A stretch of 64,000 bases of DNA, taken from the IMG/VR virus record IMGVR_UViG_3300031555_001469, one strand, 5' to 3'. Under the pieces are notes generated by a model. That model was not told where the DNA came from. It was given only the letters and a program-made list of their open reading frames with translations, and made no database searches. This document shows positions 8,222 to 18,865 of the stretch, piece after piece (within the stretch, counting starts at the first letter, position 1; each line of letters starts with the position of its first letter). The stretch is from a virus. Its lineage: Duplodnaviria > Caudoviricetes. The position numbers and the translations under genes are program-made.

Positions 8222-9958
8222 TTAACAAGCTATCTTAATAGGTACAATAGCACGCTTTTCTAAGCTGCTTATTGAATTGCTAGCACTAATGCTACCAAAT
8301 AGATTTCCAGAAGTATCTGGAGCTGGCATTAGTGTAACGTTATCATAAGCCACAACTTCGTTAGCGTTTGGATAAGAAGATCTTCCAGATAATCTAGGAA
8401 CATTTTCTAATTCCATAGTAAGTTTATAAGCAGGTACCTGAGCATAAGCATCTTCTACCAGCTTAATATCATTACCTACTTGATATGGTTGATGTATACA
8501 ATGTATTGGGCTAAGGCTTCTAAATCTAGCCTTAAGTCTATTAATACCTAAATGCTTATGATTATTCTCATCGTACTCAACTGCGATTGCAAAAGCGCAG
8601 TCAATGTTTTCAAGCATAAGCATAGATTCACCAATATTCTGTCTACCAAACATTCTTACGATATCAGCACTATTGGTTTTACCTTTCTTGTCATCAACTT
8701 TACCAGCAGCATCTCTATTTAACTGAGATGCTGTTATTACAGGGACATCCATAATAGCAGCAAATGTTTTAAATTCGTTTACAATATTACCTAATTCAAT
8801 TCTTAAATCCCCGTAACTATTATTAGCCGCTTTGATACGTTTTACATAGTCCTGAATAAGACAGATTACTTCTTTACCCTGGTAAGACAACTCGTCTACC
8901 AAAGTGTATAAATATGAAGTATCTACACTATCACCAGGTACATATACAATTTCAATATCAATTGGGTTGAAGTCAGATAAACTAAGACTACCCTTAGTAC
9001 GAAGCATTTCATACACTTCTTCTTGAGTATAATTAGTCATGAGTTCATCTGTTACAGCCATACTAAACAATCTTTCTATAGTTTCTCTTACTGTATTTTC
9101 CATTGTTAAGAATAATACACAAGGCCTCTTAGTAGGATCTTTAGTTTTATATCCTTTATTGTATAACTTAATCTGGTAAGCTAAGTCTAACAATGTGGCA
9201 GACTTACCTTCACCCGGAAGACCAAAGAACATATAAGTTCTTCCCGCTTCAAAGCCACCAGCTGTCATCTCATTTAATCCAGCTAATCCACACATAAGTT
9301 TATTAGCAGGACACATCAATTCAGAATGAACTTGATATACAACGTCTTTCATTACAGCTTCATCAAGAGAGAATCTCATATCCCCTGATGATTTCATTTT
9401 AACACTTCTTATTTCATTCTGAGCTTCATTTATAACTCCTTCAAACTCTGTGACATATTGATTCATTTCTGAAATGTCACAAGCATCTATTTTATTAATA
9501 ATATCTAAAAGTTTATGTTTATACTTTATTACATGAGCAGCTGCTAACTTAGATCTTATAAGTTCGTTTAGCCACTCAACTTCATAATTATTTAAATCCC
9601 CAGCCTCTTTGATTCCATGTGTAGCAATAACACCCAATGAATTTTGAATGTGGAGATAAATCATTTGAGAATCAGTCAAATTCTTATCAAGTCTAGCTTC
9701 TAGACCACTCATGATAAACTTTATTCTATTAAGCTTCTCTGGCTCAATTCCATAAGGTTCAATATCTGTTCTATTCATCAACGCTCTAAGCGTTGTTACA
9801 TCCGTTCTCTTTATATTCCTATTTTCACTTAATACATAGGAACAAAAATAATTTAGCACTTCTAGACTAAATTTAAAATCTACTTTCTCACCAGCGTCGG
9901 ACCTTCCAGAACGAGGTGAATATTTTGCTCGTCTGTCTCTGTTTCTGTTAGCGTTCAT
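8222..9958 (-). CDS. DnaB-like replicative helicase
   Basis: Walker A GLPGEGKS, LTMEN, IQDYV, TASQLNR, KAR arginine finger. Confidence 0.92.
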   Translation of the reverse strand: MNANRNRDRRAKYSPRSGRSDAGEKVDFKFSLEVLNYFCSYVLSENRNIKRTDVTTLRALMNRTDIEPYGIEPEKLNRIKFIMSGLEARLDKNLTDSQMIYLHIQNSLGVIATHGIKEAGDLNNYEVEWLNELIRSKLAAAHVIKYKHKLLDIINKIDACDISEMNQYVTEFEGVINEAQNEIRSVKMKSSGDMRFSLDEAVMKDVVYQVHSELMCPANKLMCGLAGLNEMTAGGFEAGRTYMFFGLPGEGKSATLLDLAYQIKLYNKGYKTKDPTKRPCVLFLTMENTVRETIERLFSMAVTDELMTNYTQEEVYEMLRTKGSLSLSDFNPIDIEIVYVPGDSVDTSYLYTLVDELSYQGKEVICLIQDYVKRIKAANNSYGDLRIELGNIVNEFKTFAAIMDVPVITASQLNRDAAGKVDDKKGKTNSADIVRMFGRQNIGESMLMLENIDCAFAIAVEYDENNHKHLGINRLKARFRSLSPIHCIHQPYQVGNDIKLVEDAYAQVPAYKLTMELENVPRLSGRSSYPNANEVVAYDNVTLMPAPDTSGNLFGSISASNSISSLEKRAIVPIKIAC

Positions 9959-10109
9959 CTTTATAAGCCTCCCTTTGAGATTACTAAAGTGTTCCTAATA
10001 AAATTATTCCCAATTTTTAGAAGTCTTCCTAAAGTGTCCTGAATAGGCAAAATTAAGAGAGTAATTAGAAATAATTACCCTCTTATTCTTATTTGCATTA
10101 TAACTGGCA

Positions 10110-11258
10110 CTAATCCTCTTCTAATAATTTTAATAATTCGTCACACGTAATAAACTCAAATCCTTCATTTTTATTTACATACATTACAAACTTTTCATAA
10201 TCATTGTATGTATTGTCTAGAATAAAATCAAATTCTTGATATCTATCAGCAGTCTCTACATCAACAACTGTTTTTATTCCTTTTTCAAAGTTCTCGAATA
10301 TTTTCACATTAGAATTATTTCTAAAATAATTCTTTATAATATTAATTCGATCTTGTTCGTTAATAGTAAACTCTACCCTTAAGTTATCTATCCCAGATTC
10401 CTTCAATTGTGTAATATAAGCAATTGCTTCTCTAGGGTCAACTTTAAGCATATGATCTAAATTAACTGTATCGTATCTAAATGATTTGATTGGTTCAAAT
10501 TCCATTTTATGATACCCTGTATCTAAATCATGTAAAAGGATAATAAATCCTTTCTCTTCCTCCTCACCAAAACAATGTCTGATTGGAGTACCACAATAAT
10601 ACATATATCTTTCAAAACAGCCAGGGGTATGTACATGTCCTGCTATAACAGGTCCAGCACAATTCTTAAAACTGTTTATACTAAATACTGCATGAGAAGA
10701 TTCTAAATCTTCTTTTACTGCACCATGAATAGAACCTTTAAGAGTTCCATGCATAACTGCCATATCATATACACCACTTCTGTCAAGGAAATATTCATAG
10801 TACTCTTTTCCTTTACTATATTCTTCTGGTATACATAATACTCGCTTACCTTTAATAAATTCAAATTTCATCTGTTCTATGATTCTAACATCGTAATCTG
10901 GATTGTTTAGATATCTATAAAACAGTTTGAGCTGATGTGCATCATGGCTAGATGTACCATGCAAAATAATTAATGTAGCATCCTTAGATCTACATAACTC
11001 TGCAAGTAAATCTATAAACATATTTGCATACATAACTACATCACTAGATGCTAAGTTCTTGTGATCAAATATATCACCGTTGATATAAACGGCATGTAAA
11101 ATTCTTAAACTTTCTAGTTTAAGAATAAATTGTTCTCTTAAAATATTAAATTGTAATTTGGGGTCTAAAGCCCCGAAATGAATATCGGCAATATGAGCCT
11201 CCACTCTTATTCCTCTATTTGTATTTTTATTTATATAGATCTGTGAAATTGGTTTCAT
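10110..11258 (-). CDS. SbcD/Mre11-like metallophosphoesterase nuclease
   Basis: ADIHFG, NGDIFD, HGTSSHD, MHG, AGHVH, YCGTP...FGEEEEKG. Confidence 0.9.
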   Translation of the reverse strand: MKPISQIYINKNTNRGIRVEAHIADIHFGALDPKLQFNILREQFILKLESLRILHAVYINGDIFDHKNLASSDVVMYANMFIDLLAELCRSKDATLIILHGTSSHDAHQLKLFYRYLNNPDYDVRIIEQMKFEFIKGKRVLCIPEEYSKGKEYYEYFLDRSGVYDMAVMHGTLKGSIHGAVKEDLESSHAVFSINSFKNCAGPVIAGHVHTPGCFERYMYYCGTPIRHCFGEEEEKGFIILLHDLDTGYHKMEFEPIKSFRYDTVNLDHMLKVDPREAIAYITQLKESGIDNLRVEFTINEQDRINIIKNYFRNNSNVKIFENFEKGIKTVVDVETADRYQEFDFILDNTYNDYEKFVMYVNKNEGFEFITCDELLKLLEED

Positions 11259-11329
11259 ATTCTAATCACTCCTTTAATAAAGAGTTCACGAAAAAATAAA
11301 AAGTAATTAGACAAAAAATGAAGAAGGGG

Positions 11330-11539
11330 TTAAAACCCTTCTTCACCTATTCTATTGGAGAATAATACTCCAACAAATCCTACCAGTAGGTATATACCCA
11401 TTATTACTGATATGGTATTATTTGCAGAGGTGATACTCTTCAATAATTCAAATAATATAACCCCTAAAGTGAATACGGCTATCCATCCTATAACTGTATT
11501 CATAACCTTATCAAATAAGTTACTTAACTTTGCTATCAT
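11330..11539 (-). CDS. Small two-TM membrane protein (early)
   Basis: Two hydrophobic segments; GGAGGG SD. Confidence 0.7.
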   Translation of the reverse strand: MIAKLSNLFDKVMNTVIGWIAVFTLGVILFELLKSITSANNTISVIMGIYLLVGFVGVLFSNRIGEEGF

Positions 11540-11576
11540 ACGTTTCCCTCCTGTTGTGAAAAATTAAAGAGGAGCA

Positions 11577-11858
11577 TTACTGCTCCTCTTTCTTGTTTAC
11601 CTGCTTATAGATAACATAGGATACATCTAACCAGATGAACCATGTTAATCCGGTCTTTAACCATGTTGGCGCCTGGAAAGCCCACCATGTGCACAGGAAA
11701 TTATCCCATGCAAACATGAAAAGCCCATAAGCAAAAATTACTGCAACTGCAATCTTTAAGTATAAACCTAACTTAAATCCTGCTTCTTTTTCTGTTGCTA
11801 CTGTTGTTTCCTGATTTTCAGTCTCGTTAATAGTTACGTTTTTTGTTGTCATTTCCAT
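11577..11858 (-). CDS. Small membrane protein (early)
   Basis: Two hydrophobic Trp-rich segments; AAGGAGG SD; early promoter at 11929. Confidence 0.8.
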   Translation of the reverse strand: MEMTTKNVTINETENQETTVATEKEAGFKLGLYLKIAVAVIFAYGLFMFAWDNFLCTWWAFQAPTWLKTGLTWFIWLDVSYVIYKQVNKKEEQ

Positions 11859-11957
11859 AATAATATCCTCCTTAGATATTTGAATAGTTTTTGTTTTGAG
11901 TATAATCTATATACTCTATTTCACTATTATAATATCTAATTAAAAATACGGAGTTTA

Positions 11958-12485
11958 TCAATATCCACGGAACTTATTCTTCCAGTAATATTCTACTAAT
12001 TCAGATACTGCATCCATTGTAATTGTAATAATATTGAGGAAGGTATTCTCTTCATCTACATTATCAATTTCTGCGGCACCGTCTCTGAATTTGAATCTTA
12101 AAGCTGGAGATTTGCTATCTCTGAAATCATTACTCTTAATAATTTCAATCCAAGAATCGTCAATCCATAATTTATAAATTATACAAAGAGATCCTCTTCT
12201 TATGTGGAAGCAAGCATCTGGTCTAATACTAGACGACTTATCTTCTGCTGTGAATAATATACTATCCTGATTCTTTTCCGAATTAGGATAAGAATATACA
12301 TCAGCTAATACTTTGATGAAATGGAAAATTTCTAAAAGCATATTAAAGTTAGGAGAAGTTTTCTTCAATACTTTAATAAACTTTCTAAATTTCAACCACT
12401 CGAACAAATTAAACCCCTTATGCTTTCTAGCATATATTGGTTCTATGAAATAATTTACGTGATATTCTTCTTTTTTTGTCGGCAT
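11958..12485 (-). CDS. Hypothetical protein
   Basis: ORF with AGGAGGT SD. Confidence 0.8.
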   Translation of the reverse strand: MPTKKEEYHVNYFIEPIYARKHKGFNLFEWLKFRKFIKVLKKTSPNFNMLLEIFHFIKVLADVYSYPNSEKNQDSILFTAEDKSSSIRPDACFHIRRGSLCIIYKLWIDDSWIEIIKSNDFRDSKSPALRFKFRDGAAEIDNVDEENTFLNIITITMDAVSELVEYYWKNKFRGY

Positions 12486-12943
12486 AATTTTACCTCCTGC
12501 TTAATAGTATTCATAATTGTTGTTACTTCGTTATGTATAATTTCCCTAATTTCTGTTTCAAGTGCTTTTGGTATTTCTGTCGGACTCGTATTCTGAATAG
12601 GGTAATTACCTTCTATTGTAATATACGCCTCTTTAGTCGTATATCTAAATTTTATTATATATTTGTACTTGACATAAATATCTAAACAGTGTATCCTTTC
12701 AAACTCATACCATCTAATATTACGATTATACATAGCAGAGTTAAGTCTAGAAAACTGTCCGATCAGCATAACTCTAAAATCTTTTAACAACTCTTCCAAT
12801 GGCTTATTACGAATAATATAATTAATCTCCATTGGTATAGTGACTGTATCAAAATTGTATGAAATCATACTAAGAAAGCTTGCGCCGTTCTTATTCTTCA
12901 TACTATTTCTATATTCTGAAATTAATGGCTGTAATGCTTTCAT
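12455..12943 (-). CDS. Hypothetical protein
   Basis: ORF coupled to the upstream nuclease (ATGA overlap). Confidence 0.75.
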   Translation of the reverse strand: MKALQPLISEYRNSMKNKNGASFLSMISYNFDTVTIPMEINYIIRNKPLEELLKDFRVMLIGQFSRLNSAMYNRNIRWYEFERIHCLDIYVKYKYIIKFRYTTKEAYITIEGNYPIQNTSPTEIPKALETEIREIIHNEVTTIMNTIKQEVKLCRQKKKNIT

Positions 12944-13647
12944 GATAAACCACCTTTCATATATTTATTAAAAGTCTTTTCTGTTTTATATAAATTATAA
13001 TATGAATACACCAAAGATAAGAATGTCGTAGTACAATGCTCAATAAACTCATAATGAGATGGAATTGAGAAGTCTAACACATATTCCTGAAATGATGCTT
13101 CGTATTTGTTAAGCTGGAGTATAATTGACCCATGTAATTGGATACCATACTCAGTCCATAAGATATATCTATATGCAGCTAACTGAAGACAATAATTCAT
13201 AGTGACATGATTAGAAGTCTTAAAGTCTACTAACCATAATTGACCATTGATTTCAACTAGCATATCATAAGTTCCACCGAACCAAGGACAAACTAATTCC
13301 TGTTCTGAGCCGACAACTTTAATCTCGTTGTGTTCATGAATCATATCCCACCATTTTTTAAATGCTAAGAATCCGAATTCTTCTGATAAACAAGTTTCAT
13401 CGGCTAAGTATTTCTCTATTGCCTCATGCACTATCGATCCGATAGTAGCAGCTTCTTCCAAAGTAAGTTTATAGCTTTTATGTTTAAACCCTAACGAATT
13501 AGCCCAATTCATAAGAGCATCGTTATGGATACATCTACTTAAAATTTCTGTTACTCTAGGTACCGGTTTTCCATTATAAAAGTACTTATCACATTTCTCT
13601 ATAACGATATCTGTCTCTTTCAAAATGGGAATCATAATATTTTCCAT
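12940..13647 (-). CDS. PD-(D/E)XK exonuclease (Cas4/RecB-like)
   Basis: PRVTEIL, GSIVHEAIE, GGTYD, VDFKTS, QLAAY. Confidence 0.88.
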   Translation of the reverse strand: MENIMIPILKETDIVIEKCDKYFYNGKPVPRVTEILSRCIHNDALMNWANSLGFKHKSYKLTLEEAATIGSIVHEAIEKYLADETCLSEEFGFLAFKKWWDMIHEHNEIKVVGSEQELVCPWFGGTYDMLVEINGQLWLVDFKTSNHVTMNYCLQLAAYRYILWTEYGIQLHGSIILQLNKYEASFQEYVLDFSIPSHYEFIEHCTTTFLSLVYSYYNLYKTEKTFNKYMKGGLS

Positions 13648-13711
13648 ATTAATTATCCTCCTAATTTATATTTACCGGTGTAAGATTTTTATCCTACACC
13701 GGTATGTATTA

Positions 13712-14401
13712 TTACTTCTGAGCTTCTGTAGGCTGGAAGTATCTCTGTGTTACTTCATTTCTGATATTGATTGTGTTGATAAGGGAATAATATACCCAAA
13801 CCTTAAAGTTCTGCCAATCAATCTTCATCACTGTATTAGATGCTTTCTTGATCGCCTTAGGATTCTCGATATGCTTACCAATGAACCTCTTAACTCTATT
13901 AACCCAAGATCTCCAAGTTGTAAAGTGTACATTGAAAAGATCTACATATCCTTCTAATAACGAACATGCTTCTGCTTCATTTAAAATTGCTTCATCTGTT
14001 AAGATCTTAATAATTTCCATCATAACAGAAATTGTATAAGAAGATGCGGAAATATCCATAGCGAGAACTTCAATATTAGAAGGAATCATCTCACGAGGAA
14101 TATCACCCTTAACTTCTCCAGATAAAATCTTGTTAGCTGCAGTCTTAATTGTTTCTACAATAAACTGCTGCTGCTGTTTCATAATTTCTGCCTGCATTTC
14201 AGGGCTCATCATAGTAGGCTGTCCTGCATCCATAGGCATATTCTGAATTTCTTCTAAAACCTTTTCGGTCTCTGGTGTATTACTTTCCTTAATATCCCAA
14301 CGACCATCTACTTCTACTGCCTGGAGTTCTCCAGACTTACATTTTTCTCTTACTTCTTCAATAGTAAGATTGTGCTTCTCTGCATATTCTGCTGTTGTCA
14401 T
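13712..14401 (-). CDS. Protein with N-terminal excisionase-type HTH domain
   Basis: MTTAEYAE...TIEEVREKCKSGELQAVEVDGRWDI. Confidence 0.7.
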   Translation of the reverse strand: MTTAEYAEKHNLTIEEVREKCKSGELQAVEVDGRWDIKESNTPETEKVLEEIQNMPMDAGQPTMMSPEMQAEIMKQQQQFIVETIKTAANKILSGEVKGDIPREMIPSNIEVLAMDISASSYTISVMMEIIKILTDEAILNEAEACSLLEGYVDLFNVHFTTWRSWVNRVKRFIGKHIENPKAIKKASNTVMKIDWQNFKVWVYYSLINTINIRNEVTQRYFQPTEAQK

Positions 14402-14507
14402 TTTAAATTACCTCCTTAAACTCTAATTAAGTTTATTTCTATGTTTGGGGTACCGTAATTGCTTATTTCCGAAACATTAAAGTAATTATAAAAAGGAGGT
14501 AGGAAAT

Positions 14508-15443
14508 ATGAAGTCATATTCTTCCACGTATTTGTATACAAAGTTCCCGAACTTTGAAAAGACAATGATAGATTTCATTATGAAATCTGACGAGATCGAT
14601 AAGAAATCTGAAAAGTTTGAAGATATTAGATCTGATTTTAAGAGAAGACAGGTATCCAATAACTTAGTAAAAATTCTTGAATCTAATAGAGTTGTATTAT
14701 TATATAACTCTTCTGGTACTATTAGAGCCCTTAAGACTATTGTGTCTAAGGATCTTAGAAATGGTACAAATGATAGGGTTGTGTATGTAGACTGTACTAA
14801 CCTTATTAGTGTAAACAAAGAGACTGGTATGTATGTATGTAATAATATTAACGTATTGATCTCTTATATTGTAGATGCTATGGTAGCATTAGTTTATACC
14901 GAAAAAGAATCTGCTCTGATCAATAACCATGATATCAGAGAAACAGGTGCAACAGCATTTGCTAACTTATTTACTCATATCATCGATTATATCTGTAAGG
15001 TTTCTATTGCAGGTAATAATAAAGATAAGTGTAAATACATGGGTTCTAAATATTACTTAGTGAATATTTTAGGATTAGACCCTCAGTCTGATACTGTAAC
15101 TACAATTAGTAAGAAAATCTCTGGATTATCCGATAGAGAAATTGATGTAATTAAGGTTCTTGCTGATGATGACTGTTATGTAAATATCAAGACATTCATC
15201 AATTCTGTAGCTCAGGTTGTTAAATACCCTAAGCTTACAATTGATATCTTCTTAGAGAAGTGGTTGTTTAAGTATGGTGAGAGTACAATGTTTGCTCTTG
15301 AATACTTCCCAGCTTTCTCCAATATGCTTACAGATGCATACGTAGGCGCTTATGTAAACAACCAGAATACTATCGAGCAGATTGCTAATAGAGATATGGT
15401 TGAGTTTACTAAGAAAATACTTCAAATTGGAGGTAATTCGTAA
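14508..15443 (+). CDS. Late hypothetical protein, probably virion-associated
   Basis: ORF with AGGAGGT SD and late promoter at 14473. Confidence 0.8.
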   Translation: MKSYSSTYLYTKFPNFEKTMIDFIMKSDEIDKKSEKFEDIRSDFKRRQVSNNLVKILESNRVVLLYNSSGTIRALKTIVSKDLRNGTNDRVVYVDCTNLISVNKETGMYVCNNINVLISYIVDAMVALVYTEKESALINNHDIRETGATAFANLFTHIIDYICKVSIAGNNKDKCKYMGSKYYLVNILGLDPQSDTVTTISKKISGLSDREIDVIKVLADDDCYVNIKTFINSVAQVVKYPKLTIDIFLEKWLFKYGESTMFALEYFPAFSNMLTDAYVGAYVNNQNTIEQIANRDMVEFTKKILQIGGNS

Positions 15444-17893
15444 TGAGTGAATCTAGGTTAGATAAAGTTATTAAAGACGTTGTATACTCTGCTCCTGGTA
15501 GACTTAGAGATATACAAAAGGGTTTAATACCTGCTATCTATACTGGTTCACTAGAAATAGTTGATAGATATACTTTAGACGAGGAACTTAAGAAAGATCC
15601 GAAGTCTACTATTATATCTACTCCTGCTATATTTAAAGACTATTATAAGAATAAGTACAAGCGTACTTTCTTTATGTCTTTACAAGAAGCAATTAGACTT
15701 AGATACACAGACCCATTCATGCTATTCATTGATGGGTCTCTTATCAAGTGGAGTTTAATCAACATTGTGCACGATCACAATAAAGACTATATTATAGTAA
15801 ATGGTAAATATGCAGGTGATATTAAGATCATCTTTTTTAATAATTCTGTAAATTATACAGAGACCGGTACTATAAATAGTTCCGATTCTGTATTATTTTC
15901 ATTTACAGACGATGGTCTTTTTACTTATGAAAATGGTACTATAATATTTTCTACCCAAAATTCAAATTTAAAGGTTGAGAATATTTACAAATTATCCGCA
16001 GGAACCTCTGTATCTAAATTACCAATAGATTACAAACATAGAGTATTCCCAGAAAACTTTTTTGCTTTCACTTCTGAGGGTAAACTTACTACAGCTGAGG
16101 TTACCACATTTCCTTTCGGTGTGTATAAGGTTACTACAGAAGAAGAGTTCTTAGATATCGTAGTTGTATATAGAGAAGATTTGGTTTATAAAACAGCTAA
16201 CTCTCTCTTACCAGTAAATACTGGATATATAATAGATATGATTGAAAGTTATAATAATGGAGATACTGTTAAGCCTTACTTAGAACAGCTTATACAGGAT
16301 ATCGAATTTAATCTCGAATCTGGTAAGGATTGGGATTATAATAAGTCTGATATAATTAAGAGAATTTTGGAATACAATCCTCTCTTAATTAAGGACGCAT
16401 TCCCTTCGAATGTAAGATACGAGATGTATACTGGTTTAGAAATGAAAGAAATTATAGGCGGTGAAACAGGAATGTTTTACGGTACTGTAAAAGTCTTTGG
16501 TTATAGTCGTATGTCTAAAGTTCTTATATTCATTAATGGTTTATGTGCAACCAATTATATTAAGCATTATTTAAACAAATTCGAATATCAGTTCATGAAT
16601 CTTCAGGATGATGATGTTATTGAAATCATGTACTTTGAGAATATAAATAATGCTGCTTATACAGTAAAAATTTCTAAAGATGAACCATATCTTCCAACAG
16701 ATGAGATCTCTTTAGATGAATTAGCAATCTTTACAACTGAGCTTGAGAATCCCGAATTCCCTGATATGGAACACTCTAGTTATACTGCATTCCCAATTAA
16801 CTTCTCGATAGAAGATAAAAAGGTTGTGTTACCAGAGTTTTATTATGGAAAGGATATCATTATTACAAGCAAGAATAGATTTGCTTATAAGTTTAAAAAT
16901 ATTGGTACAGATTGTGTATCGTTTGAATTGGGTTCTGAGTTTGCATACTGTTCCGAAATCAATAGATACATTGTTTTTATCAATGGTAAAAAATTAAATT
17001 CTGATGAGTATTTTATTACCTGCATGAAAGATTCAAGACCTTTTTCTAAGGTTATATTCTACTCCAGATATTTACTTACTCCAGGTGATAGAGTGGCAGT
17101 TTATTATCTTCCTGCTGTTCTTGATGGATTATTCAATTCTGAGATGGTATCTGAAACTGAGATTGAAGCAATCTTTGATTCGGCAACTATCTCTTATGAT
17201 ATACCTTATGAAAGCTTCTTGAATGATGGTAATTCTATTCAGTTCTTAACAACAGATGGTGAACAGGCTAACGTTACTATGAATAATGATGGTACTATCA
17301 CTCTCAATGATTGGACGGAAGAGACTACTATTATTATTAAAGAAACTTATCTGAATACACCGGGTGTATCGGAAAATGGTTATTATTATGCGAATAAGGA
17401 TAAACTTCCATATCCATTAAGCAGAGATTTATTCTTTGTATTTAATAATGGTAAGAAGATTCCTTATCATCACTTAAAAGATATTGGTACTAATGTCATG
17501 GCTATAACTGAGAATATGGAGATTGGTAATACATTCTTATCTGCTTATCATATTCCTATTCCAGAATTAGAAGATTTAATGACTAAGTACTCGTCTGTAT
17601 TAGATTCTGTTATTAGACTTTGTGACGAAGAAGAACTTAATAAGTTATTCAACATCTTCACTACTATTTCCTATGCAGAAGATATCACAGATCCTAACTA
17701 CGATCGTACCACCCTTATCAATGAAGTTATCAGAGATAACTGGATGGCTCCTGGTGTTAACTATGGTGTACCTGTTACTTATGATTACTACAGTGATATG
17801 TTTGGCTATGAAGATAGCGAAGGAAATATTATTTTCCCTACTATGGATGCGACACTGGAAAACAGTATCATCTTTACAGAAGACGAAGAATAA
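15443..17893 (+). CDS. Putative virion structural (baseplate-type) protein
   Basis: Repeated hhFhNG/DG beta-modules (LFIDG, IFING, VFING, VFNNG); late operon. Confidence 0.65.
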   Translation: MSESRLDKVIKDVVYSAPGRLRDIQKGLIPAIYTGSLEIVDRYTLDEELKKDPKSTIISTPAIFKDYYKNKYKRTFFMSLQEAIRLRYTDPFMLFIDGSLIKWSLINIVHDHNKDYIIVNGKYAGDIKIIFFNNSVNYTETGTINSSDSVLFSFTDDGLFTYENGTIIFSTQNSNLKVENIYKLSAGTSVSKLPIDYKHRVFPENFFAFTSEGKLTTAEVTTFPFGVYKVTTEEEFLDIVVVYREDLVYKTANSLLPVNTGYIIDMIESYNNGDTVKPYLEQLIQDIEFNLESGKDWDYNKSDIIKRILEYNPLLIKDAFPSNVRYEMYTGLEMKEIIGGETGMFYGTVKVFGYSRMSKVLIFINGLCATNYIKHYLNKFEYQFMNLQDDDVIEIMYFENINNAAYTVKISKDEPYLPTDEISLDELAIFTTELENPEFPDMEHSSYTAFPINFSIEDKKVVLPEFYYGKDIIITSKNRFAYKFKNIGTDCVSFELGSEFAYCSEINRYIVFINGKKLNSDEYFITCMKDSRPFSKVIFYSRYLLTPGDRVAVYYLPAVLDGLFNSEMVSETEIEAIFDSATISYDIPYESFLNDGNSIQFLTTDGEQANVTMNNDGTITLNDWTEETTIIIKETYLNTPGVSENGYYYANKDKLPYPLSRDLFFVFNNGKKIPYHHLKDIGTNVMAITENMEIGNTFLSAYHIPIPELEDLMTKYSSVLDSVIRLCDEEELNKLFNIFTTISYAEDITDPNYDRTTLINEVIRDNWMAPGVNYGVPVTYDYYSDMFGYEDSEGNIIFPTMDATLENSIIFTEDEE

Positions 17894-17905
17894 AACAAAA
17901 AATAA

Positions 17906-17935
17906 AAGCGGAGAACCAATCAAGGTTCTCCGCTT
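17906..17935. terminator. Terminator between convergent genes
   Basis: AAGCGGAGAACC/GGTTCTCCGCTT with an A-tract on the left. Confidence 0.8.
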
Positions 17936-17946
17936 CTATATGTAAA

Positions 17947-18333
17947 TTATAATCCTCTACAGAGGCCGAATAATGTGTCGGCTGAAGCGACATCATCTTC
18001 TGGGTCATCATAATACCCTTCAACATAAAGAGCATCTCTTACTGTAGAACTAGGGTCATTTGCTAACAATCCAACAATATAACCTTGCTCTACTACAGCA
18101 GCTCTTACATTTGGATTAGAGTCTTTGGCTAAAATATCAAGTCCATAATTCTGTCTAGCCACAGCTTCCCTTACAGTAGGACTTTCATCATAAATTAATT
18201 CTTCTAACCCGTATCCTTCTCTTGCAATTAGTGCTCTTATTGTTACACTTTTGTCATGAATCAACTCATCAATACATTCACCGTTTAGCACCAAATCAAT
18301 TTTTTCATCAATAGATAACTTCTTTAAATCCAT
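17947..18333 (-). CDS. HEAT/LRV-like 22-aa repeat protein (early)
   Basis: Four repeats of the type LxxDxSxxVRxAVAxxGY. Confidence 0.8.
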   Translation of the reverse strand: MDLKKLSIDEKIDLVLNGECIDELIHDKSVTIRALIAREGYGLEELIYDESPTVREAVARQNYGLDILAKDSNPNVRAAVVEQGYIVGLLANDPSSTVRDALYVEGYYDDPEDDVASADTLFGLCRGL

Positions 18334-18478
18334 TATACTACCTCCTCATAAAATGTTTGTTAAAAGTACTGTTTGTAAGTTATGACATAGATTCCTCTAT
18401 ATCATAATTATAATATATAAATGTATTTAATTTTGTAAAAAATAAAAGTTAGGGGACCGAATTGGTCCCCGCTTTATT

Positions 18479-18847
18479 TTAATCGTCAAGGTTACTAATA
18501 AAACCAATAAAATAGTTCTTAGCTAACTCAAAATCCTTTTTGGATAATTCATATATTTCATTAGTTCTTTCGACAAATCTCCTATATGCTGTATGGAAGA
18601 TATCATCTCTACCATCAAAAGCAGATACTGCCATTGTTTGGTAAAGCTGATACATAGGACTACCCGGAGCAACATAATGACACATTTTCATGGCATTATA
18701 GAAACTACCCATAGAAAGCAATTCCTTCTTTTCTTCTTCCTCGCTTTCAATTGTGGTAGCCATGGCCTCGATGGTCTGTCTGATTACCTCATCCGGATCG
18801 TTCTTCATTAACTGCATTACCTCGATTACTACATTTCTTTTTTCCAT
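18479..18847 (-). CDS. Hypothetical early protein, paralog of 18866-19231
   Basis: Shared C.....SP....Y.....SA..G.D.IFH...DF.LAK pattern. Confidence 0.8.
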   Translation of the reverse strand: MEKRNVVIEVMQLMKNDPDEVIRQTIEAMATTIESEEEEKKELLSMGSFYNAMKMCHYVAPGSPMYQLYQTMAVSAFDGRDDIFHTAYRRFVERTNEIYELSKKDFELAKNYFIGFISNLDD

Positions 18848-18865
18848 ATCTTTTTCCTCCTTTTA

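Noticed and set aside
12940-13647. cas4 as part of a CRISPR-Cas locus
   Set aside because: No four-Cys Fe-S cluster pattern, other cas genes or array; a generic phage PD-(D/E)XK nuclease
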